Source: a virus. From it: DNA of 64,000 nucleotides. Shown in pieces: positions 44,596 to 54,198 of this stretch (within the stretch, counting starts at the first letter, position 1; the number at the start of each line of letters is the position of its first letter). The notes below the pieces were generated by a model that did no database searches, was not told the DNA's origin, and saw nothing but the letters and a program-made list of their open reading frames with translations. The position numbers and the translations under genes are program-made. The DNA lies in the IMG/VR virus record IMGVR_UViG_3300011113_000257, positions 46,858 through 110,857 of that record; one strand, given 5' to 3'.

Positions 44596-44895
44596 CTACA
44601 GCAACTTAAAATTAGTTATAGTCCGTAAAGGTATTCTTTTTTGACTTCTTATATTGGACAGTTCTTTAGGGGATAGACCACCCCAAACACCAAAAGTTTC
44701 GTGATGTATGCCCCATTCAGCACAATCATTTATGTGAACACAGTTAGCGCATAACTTCTTAGCCAAATGCACATTAGTAAAGTTTGTGTCTATTTGTTCT
44801 GGGTCATCTTCGTCTGCAGAATAAAAAAGGTCTCCACCAACTTCTCTACAAATAGGAGTTTCAAATTCCCAAGGTTCGCGAAGTTTTTTACTCAA
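44596..44895 (-). CDS. whiB: WhiB-family regulator
   Basis: C....DLFY...AKKLCANC....C.EW.....GVWGGLS. Confidence 0.88.
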   Translation of the reverse strand: MSKKLREPWEFETPICREVGGDLFYSADEDDPEQIDTNFTNVHLAKKLCANCVHINDCAEWGIHHETFGVWGGLSPKELSNIRSQKRIPLRTITNFKLL

Positions 44896-44922
44896 GACCG
44901 TCCCGTTTCTGTTTTAAAAAAT

Positions 44923-45234
44923 TTACTTACTACTTTCTACACTACCTACTTCAAAACCGCAACCAGCGTATCCAGCAATATCAATCCATGTATCAGGTTG
45001 GAAACCAGACTTTGAAGCGTAACGCGCTAACTTCAAACCAACCATCATCATTGCAACATCTTCAGGAGTAATCTCTGTGCCAACAATTACAGACCAAATT
45101 TTTGCAATACGAGTAAAGTTTTCTTCTGGACCGCCATACTGTAAATCTCTATCTCCAGATATAATTTTTGCTGCTTCACGCAGAGCCTCTACACGAGGAA
45201 GGACATTTTGTTCCTGAGGGACCTGTTCAGACAT
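44923..45234 (-). CDS. DUF6378-like protein
   Basis: GDR..QYG.PEENF.RIA..WS...DVAMMM..LKLAR...D.WIDIAGYA. Confidence 0.75.
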   Translation of the reverse strand: MSEQVPQEQNVLPRVEALREAAKIISGDRDLQYGGPEENFTRIAKIWSVIVGTEITPEDVAMMMVGLKLARYASKSGFQPDTWIDIAGYAGCGFEVGSVESSK

Positions 45235-45442
45235 CTCTACCTCTTACTATTATGGTTGCTTCGTAGTCGTTATCAGCAGATACATCTACATTCTCAACTA
45301 CATTAATTTCATAATTAAATTTTGATTTTACATCTTCTACATCTATTTGAAAAAAATCAGAAATTCTGTGCTCAGCAATTTCTATCAATTCATCGTGACT
45401 ATCAGCATATACAGTAAATTTAAGAGATGTTACAACACTCAT
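45227..45442 (-). CDS. small hypothetical protein
   Basis: ORF in operon. Confidence 0.65.
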   Translation of the reverse strand: MSVVTSLKFTVYADSHDELIEIAEHRISDFFQIDVEDVKSKFNYEINVVENVDVSADNDYEATIIVRGRDV

Positions 45443-45870
45443 AGAATTGCAATCAGTTTTTCTAGTTTATATGGTGAGTAGTGAGAGCCATCTAGTACTG
45501 GCTCTTTTCCATCTGTAGTTTTAATAATAATGTCGCCATAACGAACGGCTACTACACGACCTCTTCTTCCATTGTGAAGTTGACCTAATTCTCCTTCAAA
45601 TGCATCTGCCATAACACGAACCTCATCCCCAACTCTTACAAAACCCGGACGCGCTGGTTCCCAGATTTCATCCGAAGGAGATTCAACAATTGAAACGCTA
45701 CAAGCAAGAAGAGAGAATAGTTGAGTAACTTTATTGTCATTCTTATCTTCGTGACTTAGTGTTGACCAAACTTCTAGTAGTTTTACTACAGAAGTTCCAA
45801 CGTCAACAGGAACCTTTGCTTGCTCTAGTTGGCTCTTAGCCCAATTAGTGTCTAGTTTTTTCATATACAT
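45439..45870 (-). CDS. hypothetical protein with C-terminal SH3/KOW-like beta domain
   Basis: VRVGDEVRV...GRRGRVVAVRYG. Confidence 0.65.
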   Translation of the reverse strand: MYMKKLDTNWAKSQLEQAKVPVDVGTSVVKLLEVWSTLSHEDKNDNKVTQLFSLLACSVSIVESPSDEIWEPARPGFVRVGDEVRVMADAFEGELGQLHNGRRGRVVAVRYGDIIIKTTDGKEPVLDGSHYSPYKLEKLIAIL

Positions 45871-45899
45871 ACCTCGCTGTGTAGTTTAATTTTAGTGTA

Positions 45900-46913
45900 C
45901 TAATCGTTAAATATCGCTGATGAAACTCTTTCTAAAGTTTCTTCATAAGTATTAATTGCTTTTTTATAGTCTTTTTCCTGACTTATAGCAAGTTGAACTC
46001 TTTCAGAGTCAGACATATCCTCAACGGTATGACCAAGAACTGACCAAGACTCTCCAAGATATGATGTATGTTTCCAATCAGAAATCACAGGAGTTTTAAC
46101 AAATAAAGATTGAGCAAGGTTTACTGACCACCAAGGCTCGTCATTTTTGTATACCGAAATAAGAGAACCAATAGATTTATTTAAGTTAGATAGAACTGAA
46201 GAATTCCCTGCAGTTTTTGAGACAACCATAGGAGATGCTTCCCTAGATAAAGTTTTAGATATTTTAGATATCCAAGGGGTCTTGGTGTCATAAGACCAAC
46301 CAGAAACGTCTGACTTCATATATAAACCAGTACTACTAAGATTTTTAAAAGTAACAGAATCTAGACATAATGGCTCTACTAAATCATCAGATAGATTAGG
46401 TATGTGATTAGTGACATTAGAATTTTTAAACCAAGGAAAAGACGGAACTAAAGTAGAGTTCCAATTATTTTTATATAAATCTTCTACTACAGACTGAAGT
46501 CTTTCTAGTTCCTTATGCTTGCTTGCGTTAAAAAACTCACTTCTACGAGAGTAAAAGTCTTTTACTAAATCATCTGGATTCTGAGATATCGCCCTAATTC
46601 CGTTCCACAACCTGTGAGGCTCTGGAGCATCAACTAGATATTTTAGATTAGTTACAGATTTAGCCCTGTCAATAACTGACAAAGCACCATATAAACGATA
46701 CGCAGTAATACTTGTAGGGGCTGTAAGACCGACAACTACTGTGTCATATTTACTTAACTGCGCCTCTGTGAGTCGCATTGACGGCGTATCCCACACAACT
46801 TCGTGACCTGCTTCGGTTAAAGATTGAACAAGTAAACCAGTAAATGTAGGAATTTTTTTAGCAACAGACGACGAAGTTTGAGCAGAACTACATCCAGTGA
46901 TGAGCACTTTCAT
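45900..46913 (-). CDS. hypothetical protein, possibly GT-B glycosyltransferase-like
   Basis: MKVLITG...L.EAGHEV N-terminus; C-terminal 'SL...TPVISD' resembles a GT-B motif. Confidence 0.45.
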   Translation of the reverse strand: MKVLITGCSSAQTSSSVAKKIPTFTGLLVQSLTEAGHEVVWDTPSMRLTEAQLSKYDTVVVGLTAPTSITAYRLYGALSVIDRAKSVTNLKYLVDAPEPHRLWNGIRAISQNPDDLVKDFYSRRSEFFNASKHKELERLQSVVEDLYKNNWNSTLVPSFPWFKNSNVTNHIPNLSDDLVEPLCLDSVTFKNLSSTGLYMKSDVSGWSYDTKTPWISKISKTLSREASPMVVSKTAGNSSVLSNLNKSIGSLISVYKNDEPWWSVNLAQSLFVKTPVISDWKHTSYLGESWSVLGHTVEDMSDSERVQLAISQEKDYKKAINTYEETLERVSSAIFND

Positions 46914-47002
46914 ATTTGTAACCTATCTCGTTTCTATACTTTGTGAACTAATAAGAAAACCTTCCAACTTTCGCTGGAAGGTAATCTTACTAAGTCAAAG
47001 AC

Positions 47003-47539
47003 TTAGAACGGTGCTGACGGCGCTGCTGGCGCTGGAGCAGGTGCTGGCGCTGGAGCAGGTGCTGGAGCAGGTGCTGGAGCAGGTGCTGCTTGAGCCTGTT
47101 CTACAGCCCAAGGGTCTGTAGTAGGTGCTGCTGACTGAGCAGAGAAGTAACGCTTGATTTCGTTCTTCTTGTTACCCTGCCATACGCGACTACCAACCTG
47201 TGCACGGAATGCACGACCACGAAGAGCCTGCTCAATTTGAGCGTTGCTTGGACCTTGGTCAAAGAAATCTTTACCAAGACCAAGTGCCGACATCTTCGAG
47301 AAGAAGATACCAAGTGCGCTTGGATTGTCTGTAGTTACAACTAAGTTGTCCCAAACAAGACGCTTGTTATGAGGTCCACCCTGAACTTCAGCCTTAACTG
47401 AGAACATAGTTTTACCCGATTGAGTTTGCTTTGCAACGCCCTCAAGAACTACCAAGTCGTAGTCACCGTCTGGTAGTGGTTCGTATGATGATGTTTCTCC
47501 AGCCTCTTTAATGAGGTCTGACCAGTTTAAGGTACTCAT
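47003..47539 (-). CDS. DUF669-like single-stranded DNA-binding protein
   Basis: YEPLPDGDY...SGKTM...VWDNL...NEIKRY; (AP)n linker, C-terminal PF. Confidence 0.75.
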   Translation of the reverse strand: MSTLNWSDLIKEAGETSSYEPLPDGDYDLVVLEGVAKQTQSGKTMFSVKAEVQGGPHNKRLVWDNLVVTTDNPSALGIFFSKMSALGLGKDFFDQGPSNAQIEQALRGRAFRAQVGSRVWQGNKKNEIKRYFSAQSAAPTTDPWAVEQAQAAPAPAPAPAPAPAPAPAPAPAAPSAPF

Positions 47540-47542
47540 ACC

Positions 47543-48322
47543 TTATCCTTCTTTCTTTGTCGTTTTGGTAGCCGATGCTACAGGTTGCTTCTCACCGAAA
47601 ACAATGTCAAGCATACGTTCGATGGAAAGATTTTCTTGATGAACAGCAGAGCCAAGGCGACCTTGAACACGCTCTCCTGCTTCGTACTGATTATTACGTT
47701 CTACATACATCTTACGAACTTTGTATGCAGGACTTAATGGGTCAGGATTAGGAACTTCCTCAGTTGTAATTGCACCAAGGATGTCATAAAAGTATGGAGC
47801 CTGAATTGCTAACTGACCCTGCAAGTAAGGACGCATACGTCCATCTTGACCTGTACGAGCCATTGCAGTTAAGACTACTGCTTCTAATGGATTAGTTGCG
47901 TGCATAGTTAAATCACGAAGGTCGCGTAAAAGACCGCCCATGTGACGAAGTAATTCGCCCCATTGTTGCATCTTCATTTGCTCGCTACCTGCGATGCTAT
48001 CTACACACTTAACTTGAAGTTCAGAGATTGAGTCAATAATAAGACTCTTAAACTGATGTTTTCCGCTCTGAAGCCACTGATATGCCTTAATGACATCTTG
48101 ATAGTCTCGAACTTGTACGACACATGTGTCCCAAGTTCCGTCTGCTACTGGTGGCTCCTCTCGGAGTGGGTCCCAATACTTAACAATGATAGGGAGGAAT
48201 CTATGTCCACCCTCAACGTCAAGCATTAGGCGCGGATACGGCGCGGTGACCGCAAAAGTGGACTTTCCAACTTTTGACTCACCGTAGACCATAACTGTTA
48301 GTGAACGCTGAATGTCACCCAT
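47543..48322 (-). CDS. AAA_24 / Sak4-like ATPase recombinase
   Basis: YGESKVGKST, LD.EGG, IIDSISE. Confidence 0.8.
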   Translation of the reverse strand: MGDIQRSLTVMVYGESKVGKSTFAVTAPYPRLMLDVEGGHRFLPIIVKYWDPLREEPPVADGTWDTCVVQVRDYQDVIKAYQWLQSGKHQFKSLIIDSISELQVKCVDSIAGSEQMKMQQWGELLRHMGGLLRDLRDLTMHATNPLEAVVLTAMARTGQDGRMRPYLQGQLAIQAPYFYDILGAITTEEVPNPDPLSPAYKVRKMYVERNNQYEAGERVQGRLGSAVHQENLSIERMLDIVFGEKQPVASATKTTKKEG

Positions 48323-48325
48323 AAG

Positions 48326-49252
48326 TTAATCGCTACCTTTCTTGTCATTTTCGTAATATGAATAGGGGTCTCCCTCTTCAAACATTTCTGTCAATGCTTG
48401 TTCTCCTGCACTTCCATCGTCAAACAGAGTACATACAGTAAAAAATTGACACTTCCACTTACAATCACGGGTCGCATGAGGATACGCAACTGATGCATGG
48501 CTTGTACCTTCGTCAAGTGCTGTACGCACTCGCATTAGGTCTGCAATAGTACCGTGGATACGGTCCCAAAATGAGCGCAACGTGAAGATATTATGTCGCA
48601 CTTCAATCTGGTCGTAGAACGGTGGTTTTGCTGAAGCAGTACGCTTTACCTTTTTTAGCATCGTAAAGATGCCACCTTCGGAGCGTTCTCCTTCTTTATT
48701 CTGGAAAGACTCCAGAAGCATATAAGTTAGCACCTGTTCGTTCATAGGTGCAAGATTGGCAAAGTCTGAGAGCGACCCACCAACAGTTTTAAAGTCACGA
48801 AACATACGCACACCGTCAATCCTGCGACGAACACGCATATCCAACTTACCTTGAAGTTCTACTTCACCGTTGAATAGAGGAGCAATAATTGTTTCTTCTG
48901 TAGAAATCATTTCTAGTTCAGAGTCAATACCGTTCTCTTCAACCCACTGCTCGTAGCCCTCAAGCATAATACGACCTAGTTCGGCTTCGCTATCAAGAGT
49001 GTCAGTGTCCCGAAACTCCGAGATAAGAGTCTCTCTATCAAGGTCAACTAATCGAGAATGAGCCTTTAGTAGAGGAACACCATTTGCATAGTGGTCGTCA
49101 AGGGCAGCATGGATACGAGAACCTAATGCAAGCGCACCCGTGTAGTCTTGATTACGAGGCTTAAGTCTACGGTAGTAAGTAAACCACCACCGTCTACGGC
49201 AATCTTTAAATGTTTGAATCTCTGAATTAGAGAGTCTAACTATTCCTGTCAT
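48326..49252 (-). CDS. PD-(D/E)XK Cas4/RecB-like exonuclease
   Basis: LSNSEI..FKDCRRRW, G..IH, GKLD, DFKT, C.W.C.F...C. Confidence 0.85.
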   Translation of the reverse strand: MTGIVRLSNSEIQTFKDCRRRWWFTYYRRLKPRNQDYTGALALGSRIHAALDDHYANGVPLLKAHSRLVDLDRETLISEFRDTDTLDSEAELGRIMLEGYEQWVEENGIDSELEMISTEETIIAPLFNGEVELQGKLDMRVRRRIDGVRMFRDFKTVGGSLSDFANLAPMNEQVLTYMLLESFQNKEGERSEGGIFTMLKKVKRTASAKPPFYDQIEVRHNIFTLRSFWDRIHGTIADLMRVRTALDEGTSHASVAYPHATRDCKWKCQFFTVCTLFDDGSAGEQALTEMFEEGDPYSYYENDKKGSD

Positions 49253-49273
49253 TATTCCGTCCTTATGTAGTGT

Positions 49274-51079
49274 TTACAACTTACCTGATTTGTCTTGCTT
49301 TAGCAAGTCAAGTAATTTTGCTTTGTCGTGAACAATTTGCTCAAAGTTATCTGCTTTAGTTTCTAGAACTTGAAGCACACGTTCTTCGATAGTTCCTTCG
49401 GTAACGTAGTCAGTAATAATTACTGAATCGTGAATCTCGGAGCCAATACGATGAACTCGGTCCATTGCTTGTTTGTGGTCAACAAGTGACCAAGGGCGCT
49501 GAAGCATTACTAAACGACGAGCAGCAGTTAGCGTTACACCAACGCCACCAGCCTGAGCAGTAAATAGAATCCATTTAATTCGACCTGATTGGAAATCGTC
49601 AATAGCCTGCTGACGTTCGTCTTCATCCTGAGCACCAGTAATTAACCCGTGCTGAATGTCAGCCTTTGTTAGAGCCTTACTTAGGAGTTCAATCAACTGG
49701 CGTGACACAGCACAAACGGCTACAGAATCTTCTCCAAAGTCTCCGTTTTTAATATCGTCCATAAGTGAGTCAACTTTACAAGAAGGCTCTGACAAAACTG
49801 CACTAGGTTCTCCAGTAGTTTCGTTAACAACCATATCTGCATAAGAACTAGCAAACTGAAGCAAACGTATTGTTTGAGTAAGAACGCTAGGTGCAGATAA
49901 TGCTTCACCAGATTCAAGTTCAGCAATCATATGGTCGCGCATTTGTTCGTAAGCCTTCTTTTGCTTAGTAGACATTTCTATATCGCGACGTTCATTTACT
50001 ACATCTGGAAGCCACGGCAAAACGCGAGCCTTAAGCATACGACGCATGTGGTGACTAATTGTCTTTTGGAATTCTTCTTCCATATGTGGCTTTACGCCAA
50101 TAACCATCATGCCACCAAAAGCGTTCATCATAGTGTCAATCATTCGGTCAATCCATTTAGTTTTTGAGGACCAGTCTTCAGGAGATAGCCAATGGAGAAT
50201 TGACCACATATCAACAACATTGTTTGCTATCGGAGTTCCTGTAAGAGCAAAACGAATCTTTGCATCTGCAGTTGCAGACCAAAGCGCACGGGTTTGCTTA
50301 GACTTAGGGTCTTTAGAGCGGTGAATTTCATCTGCAACTACGGACTTAAAATCAATCTTATTTAGTTCTCTTTCGTGTACCTCACAGCGATTCAGAGAAA
50401 CTCTTTCATCGTGACCTCCACAAGCAGAGCATCGCGCTAGAGCAATAGAGCCGTAAGGAGCAAGCCTTGAGTGAGTACGCAAAGATTCCCAGTTAATTAT
50501 GTAAATATCTGCTGGAGTGTCAAACTGCTTTTTACGCTGAGTAGTTGTTCCCTTAATTACTTGAGTAGTTACTCCGGGATACCAACGAGCAAACTCGCGA
50601 GCCCAGTTCTTTTTAAGGGTATTAGGGCAGACAATAAGAGCAGGAAATACGTCTTCGCCTTGCTCATTAAGTTCTTTAAGTGCACGAATAGCCTGAGCAG
50701 TCTTGCCTAAGCCCGGCTCGTCAGCAAGCAAAGCACGTTTTGCAGTTACCAAAAACTTAACACCAGCGCGTTGATGAGGAAATAAGTCTTCATTCTTTGG
50801 GTCAGCAAATTCTTCTAAATCGCGCAACTCGTTTGCTGGAGCAATACGAGAAGTTAGTTGAGTGTTAGCCCACCCAGCAAGGTCTTCATTAATTACTAAG
50901 TCATCACGGAATGTAGAGCGTAAGGCTAGGCAACTAGACCAACTAAGCGGGATGCGCCAAACTTGGTCAGAGGCAGACCAAGAAGAACCTGGAATGCTTT
51001 TACATAATTCTTTGTACCGCCACTCAACGTCTAAACGAATATGTTTTCCGCTAGGGTCAAGGCTTGCTGTTACTGGCAT
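49274..51079 (-). CDS. SNF2-family helicase
   Basis: LADEPGLGKT, DEIH, LTGTP, GVGVTLT, QAMDRVHRIG; CxxC insertion. Confidence 0.9.
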   Translation of the reverse strand: MPVTASLDPSGKHIRLDVEWRYKELCKSIPGSSWSASDQVWRIPLSWSSCLALRSTFRDDLVINEDLAGWANTQLTSRIAPANELRDLEEFADPKNEDLFPHQRAGVKFLVTAKRALLADEPGLGKTAQAIRALKELNEQGEDVFPALIVCPNTLKKNWAREFARWYPGVTTQVIKGTTTQRKKQFDTPADIYIINWESLRTHSRLAPYGSIALARCSACGGHDERVSLNRCEVHERELNKIDFKSVVADEIHRSKDPKSKQTRALWSATADAKIRFALTGTPIANNVVDMWSILHWLSPEDWSSKTKWIDRMIDTMMNAFGGMMVIGVKPHMEEEFQKTISHHMRRMLKARVLPWLPDVVNERRDIEMSTKQKKAYEQMRDHMIAELESGEALSAPSVLTQTIRLLQFASSYADMVVNETTGEPSAVLSEPSCKVDSLMDDIKNGDFGEDSVAVCAVSRQLIELLSKALTKADIQHGLITGAQDEDERQQAIDDFQSGRIKWILFTAQAGGVGVTLTAARRLVMLQRPWSLVDHKQAMDRVHRIGSEIHDSVIITDYVTEGTIEERVLQVLETKADNFEQIVHDKAKLLDLLKQDKSGKL

Positions 51080-51164
51080 TTTTTTCCTTCTTTAATGTCA
51101 TTTTGTCCGTAGAGAGATACTAGCACACATTTTGTTAAATGCAATAATTTCTTGCTAGTACTTT

Positions 51165-51635
51165 TTATTGTAGAAGTTGTCTTGGTATCCAACCAGTTTT
51201 AACTAATCTTAATAGCCCATGTCTAATGGCATCATTAGCATGACCTTCTCCACCTTTGTGCCAATATTTAAGTGTTTTTAAGGCTTCGTTGGGAAACATT
51301 TTCTTTGCATCAGCAGGACTTTGCCAAAAAATACCTTCACGGTCTAGACCAAAATCTTGAAGAATCTGCTTAAGAACACCAATTTGCTCTAAACTGTACG
51401 GCGCTTGAGAGTTTCTAACAGTTTGAGCATTAATAGTAAATTTCTCACACACTATGCTAAATGTATCGTAATCTTCTCCAACATCTTTTATTATTTTTCT
51501 AATGGCATCAGCAAATTCCTCGGGCTGTACTTCGCACGAATATAGAATTTCTGGTTCTTTATTGGTTGCTATAGATAGCAGAGCAACTCCTGTTGCTTTT
51601 CCAGGGTCTACTGATAAAACATATTTAGTTTGCAT
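51165..51635 (-). CDS. RuvC-like Holliday junction resolvase
   Basis: LSVDPGKATG, VCEKF, HANDAIRH. Confidence 0.75.
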   Translation of the reverse strand: MQTKYVLSVDPGKATGVALLSIATNKEPEILYSCEVQPEEFADAIRKIIKDVGEDYDTFSIVCEKFTINAQTVRNSQAPYSLEQIGVLKQILQDFGLDREGIFWQSPADAKKMFPNEALKTLKYWHKGGEGHANDAIRHGLLRLVKTGWIPRQLLQ

Positions 51636-53463
51636 ATTTAACTCCCCAATTCTCCATCGGTCCATCAATACCTGAGGTAAGCGGAACTGCCCAGCCTTCA
51701 GTTGTTGTCATACATTCTTTAACGGTACGCATAACTTCCTCAACTTGGTCGCGAGGACAGTTAAGAACAATTTCATCGTGCACAGGGACAATAAGAAGTT
51801 CCGTTAAATCTGCTTGGTCAAGTTTAATTAAATTTGATTTGAATACTTCGGCAGCGCCACCCTGAATAAGATAATTTGTCAGGGTATAGGTACGGTCATC
51901 ATCACACGGCAAACGGCGACCAGTCCAAGTATGAACATAGCCTTGACCTTCAGAACGAAGACGGCGCATACCAATATCTTCAATCTTTTTTTGGAAAGAA
52001 ATCATTCCTGGATAGTTAAGGTCAAACGAGTCAGAAACCGCTCGCATCTGAGATTCTGGAACACCAGCAGTAAGTGCCTGCTTAGCCACGCCAGCGCCAT
52101 ACAGACGACCATAGACAACACCTTTAATAAGAGTACGTCGCTTATCTGAGCGAGACATATTAGGTTCTTGGTAGACCTCGCGACCAATTTCAGTAAACGG
52201 GTCAGAGCCAGTTGCATCAGAGCGATGAAAAAGATGAATCAAGTTTGGGTCTTGCGATAACGAAGCAAACATACGGAACTCAACTTGGTCAAGGTCAGAT
52301 GTCACAATAACGTGGTCATCATCTTTAGGTAAAAATGCGGTACGAACTACATCGTCACCCTTTGGTAAAGTTTGTAGCGCTGGGTCAGTGATTGACATAC
52401 GACCAGTTCGAGCACCCATTGTCTTTACAGACGGATGCACGAAGCCATCTACATTTTTGTTAATAAAGTTAAGGAAGTAACTTCCAGCAATTTTGTCTGC
52501 TTTTCTTTGTTTTAGAGCAGTTGCTGCTAACTCTTTTACTTCGTCGTTTCCTGTAATAGTAAGAAGTTTAAGTTGGTCTTTAGTTACTGCTTTATTTCCT
52601 GTAGGAGTAAACTCAGTAATCTCAGCGCCAAGACTTTCAAATAAACGAACCAATTGCATATTGCTAGTTATGGAAGTTCCGTTGTATGTCTTTTTGCACC
52701 AGTCTTTAACTGATTCCGTGTAGTCAGACAGTTCTTGATACTTACGCTTTGAGTACTCGACATCTACGCGAGCGCCATTAATTTCCATGCGCGTTACAAT
52801 TTTACGCGCTGCCATTTCAATTTCGTAGGCTTTGTTGTATGGACCTGTTGGACCGCATTGCTCATAAAACTGCTCCCACAAACGCATTGTTAGAACAGTA
52901 TCAAGAGCGCCGTAAGACCAATAAGGCTGAAAGTTTGTAGGAACAGTTCCCCAAGTCCAACCATTCTGAGAAAGCGACACGTCAAGAGTTTCTTGTAAAG
53001 CAACAGCGCGAGGGTCAACATAACGAGAAGCAAGACGCTTTAAGGCACCAGAACCAAGAGGGTCAATAATCTGAGCCATAATCATTGTGTCGTGAGCGCG
53101 ATGCCACGGCATGTCCCATTTTGAGTTAACAGCAAACCAACGCGCCTCAAAAGCAATATTGTGGCAAACAATTTGTCCTTCGTATCGGTTCATTGCTTCA
53201 TAAAAAACACCAGACCACTCAAGCCAAGGAATAGACCATCCTTGCTCTCCGTCTCCAATTTGAACTAAACGAATATCTCCATGCCAAGGAGAGAGTGCAT
53301 CCGAGCGTTCACCGCCACGACGTTCACCAGTCTCTATATCAACTGCAATGGCATTATATGGACGACGTTGACCAAGCCAAGTTAAAAATTCAGAAGCCTT
53401 TTCTATAGAGTCAACTAAGTGCAGTTGTACTTTAGAAAGGTCTGTCGTTTGTATTTCTGTCAT
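51625..53463 (-). CDS. polA: DNA polymerase family A (3'-5' exonuclease + polymerase)
   Basis: DIET, HNIAFE, TGRMS, DLDQVEFR, R...K...YG.LYG, VHDE. Confidence 0.95.
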   Translation of the reverse strand: MTEIQTTDLSKVQLHLVDSIEKASEFLTWLGQRRPYNAIAVDIETGERRGGERSDALSPWHGDIRLVQIGDGEQGWSIPWLEWSGVFYEAMNRYEGQIVCHNIAFEARWFAVNSKWDMPWHRAHDTMIMAQIIDPLGSGALKRLASRYVDPRAVALQETLDVSLSQNGWTWGTVPTNFQPYWSYGALDTVLTMRLWEQFYEQCGPTGPYNKAYEIEMAARKIVTRMEINGARVDVEYSKRKYQELSDYTESVKDWCKKTYNGTSITSNMQLVRLFESLGAEITEFTPTGNKAVTKDQLKLLTITGNDEVKELAATALKQRKADKIAGSYFLNFINKNVDGFVHPSVKTMGARTGRMSITDPALQTLPKGDDVVRTAFLPKDDDHVIVTSDLDQVEFRMFASLSQDPNLIHLFHRSDATGSDPFTEIGREVYQEPNMSRSDKRRTLIKGVVYGRLYGAGVAKQALTAGVPESQMRAVSDSFDLNYPGMISFQKKIEDIGMRRLRSEGQGYVHTWTGRRLPCDDDRTYTLTNYLIQGGAAEVFKSNLIKLDQADLTELLIVPVHDEIVLNCPRDQVEEVMRTVKECMTTTEGWAVPLTSGIDGPMENWGVKYAN

Positions 53464-53482
53464 TTTGTATTGTCCTTGTTAG

Positions 53483-53956
53483 TTAAGGAATAATTTCTAC
53501 CTTATAAACCTGTTCTATTTTTTTGTCTTTTTTAGAAGCATCTTCTAGAAGCCTTTGCGCAACCTTTGTAAGATATCTTGCCCCACCGTCATCGTACTTG
53601 TAAAGCGCTTCAAGTACTGCCTCTGGGTCATCAGAAACTTGAGCCCATGTACGGTTTTTTTCAGGGAAAACTACTGGAACTCCTACAAGAGACGGAGCAC
53701 ATTCTTCGCAACCAACTGCATCTTCAACAATAGAGTTAGTTGAAACTTCAACTAATCCATATTTTCTGACAAGCGGACAAACAGAGCCGTGATAGACAAG
53801 AGAAACACCAATACGGGAAAGAACATATGAACCATTATCTGTTTGATACAAGGCAAACTCAATCCAACGAGTAGAACCTTTACGCCAAGACGTTGATTCT
53901 CCAAGAAGTCTGCCGTTAAATTGCAGAGTCCTTGAACCGTCTTTTACTTCATACAT
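53483..53956 (-). CDS. hypothetical actinophage protein
   Basis: L.F.G.LLG...RW.E..LY.T..G.YV. Confidence 0.7.
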   Translation of the reverse strand: MYEVKDGSRTLQFNGRLLGESTSWRKGSTRWIEFALYQTDNGSYVLSRIGVSLVYHGSVCPLVRKYGLVEVSTNSIVEDAVGCEECAPSLVGVPVVFPEKNRTWAQVSDDPEAVLEALYKYDDGGARYLTKVAQRLLEDASKKDKKIEQVYKVEIIP

Positions 53957-53958
53957 AA

Positions 53959-54180
53959 CTACACCGCAGGTGGAGTTGGCTCAGGGTGCGTCCATGAACC
54001 GTCAGAGTTCCGCGTGGAGCCAATGTTAATGTATGTATAAGAGTTATCTTCCTCACGAGGATGAGCCTCTACAGAAAGTCCTTCGCCAGGATTATATTCT
54101 GCAACACCATCATACATAATAATATTGACTACTACGTTGTTCTCGTTTAAGACGAGATATCTATCTACTTCAGCCATCAT
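53959..54180 (-). CDS. small tail-fibre-associated protein
   Basis: VVVNII...IG.....G.W..P pattern typical downstream of Gly-rich fibres. Confidence 0.6.
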   Translation of the reverse strand: MMAEVDRYLVLNENNVVVNIIMYDGVAEYNPGEGLSVEAHPREEDNSYTYINIGSTRNSDGSWTHPEPTPPAV

Positions 54181-54198
54181 TTTATCCTTGTCTTTGTC

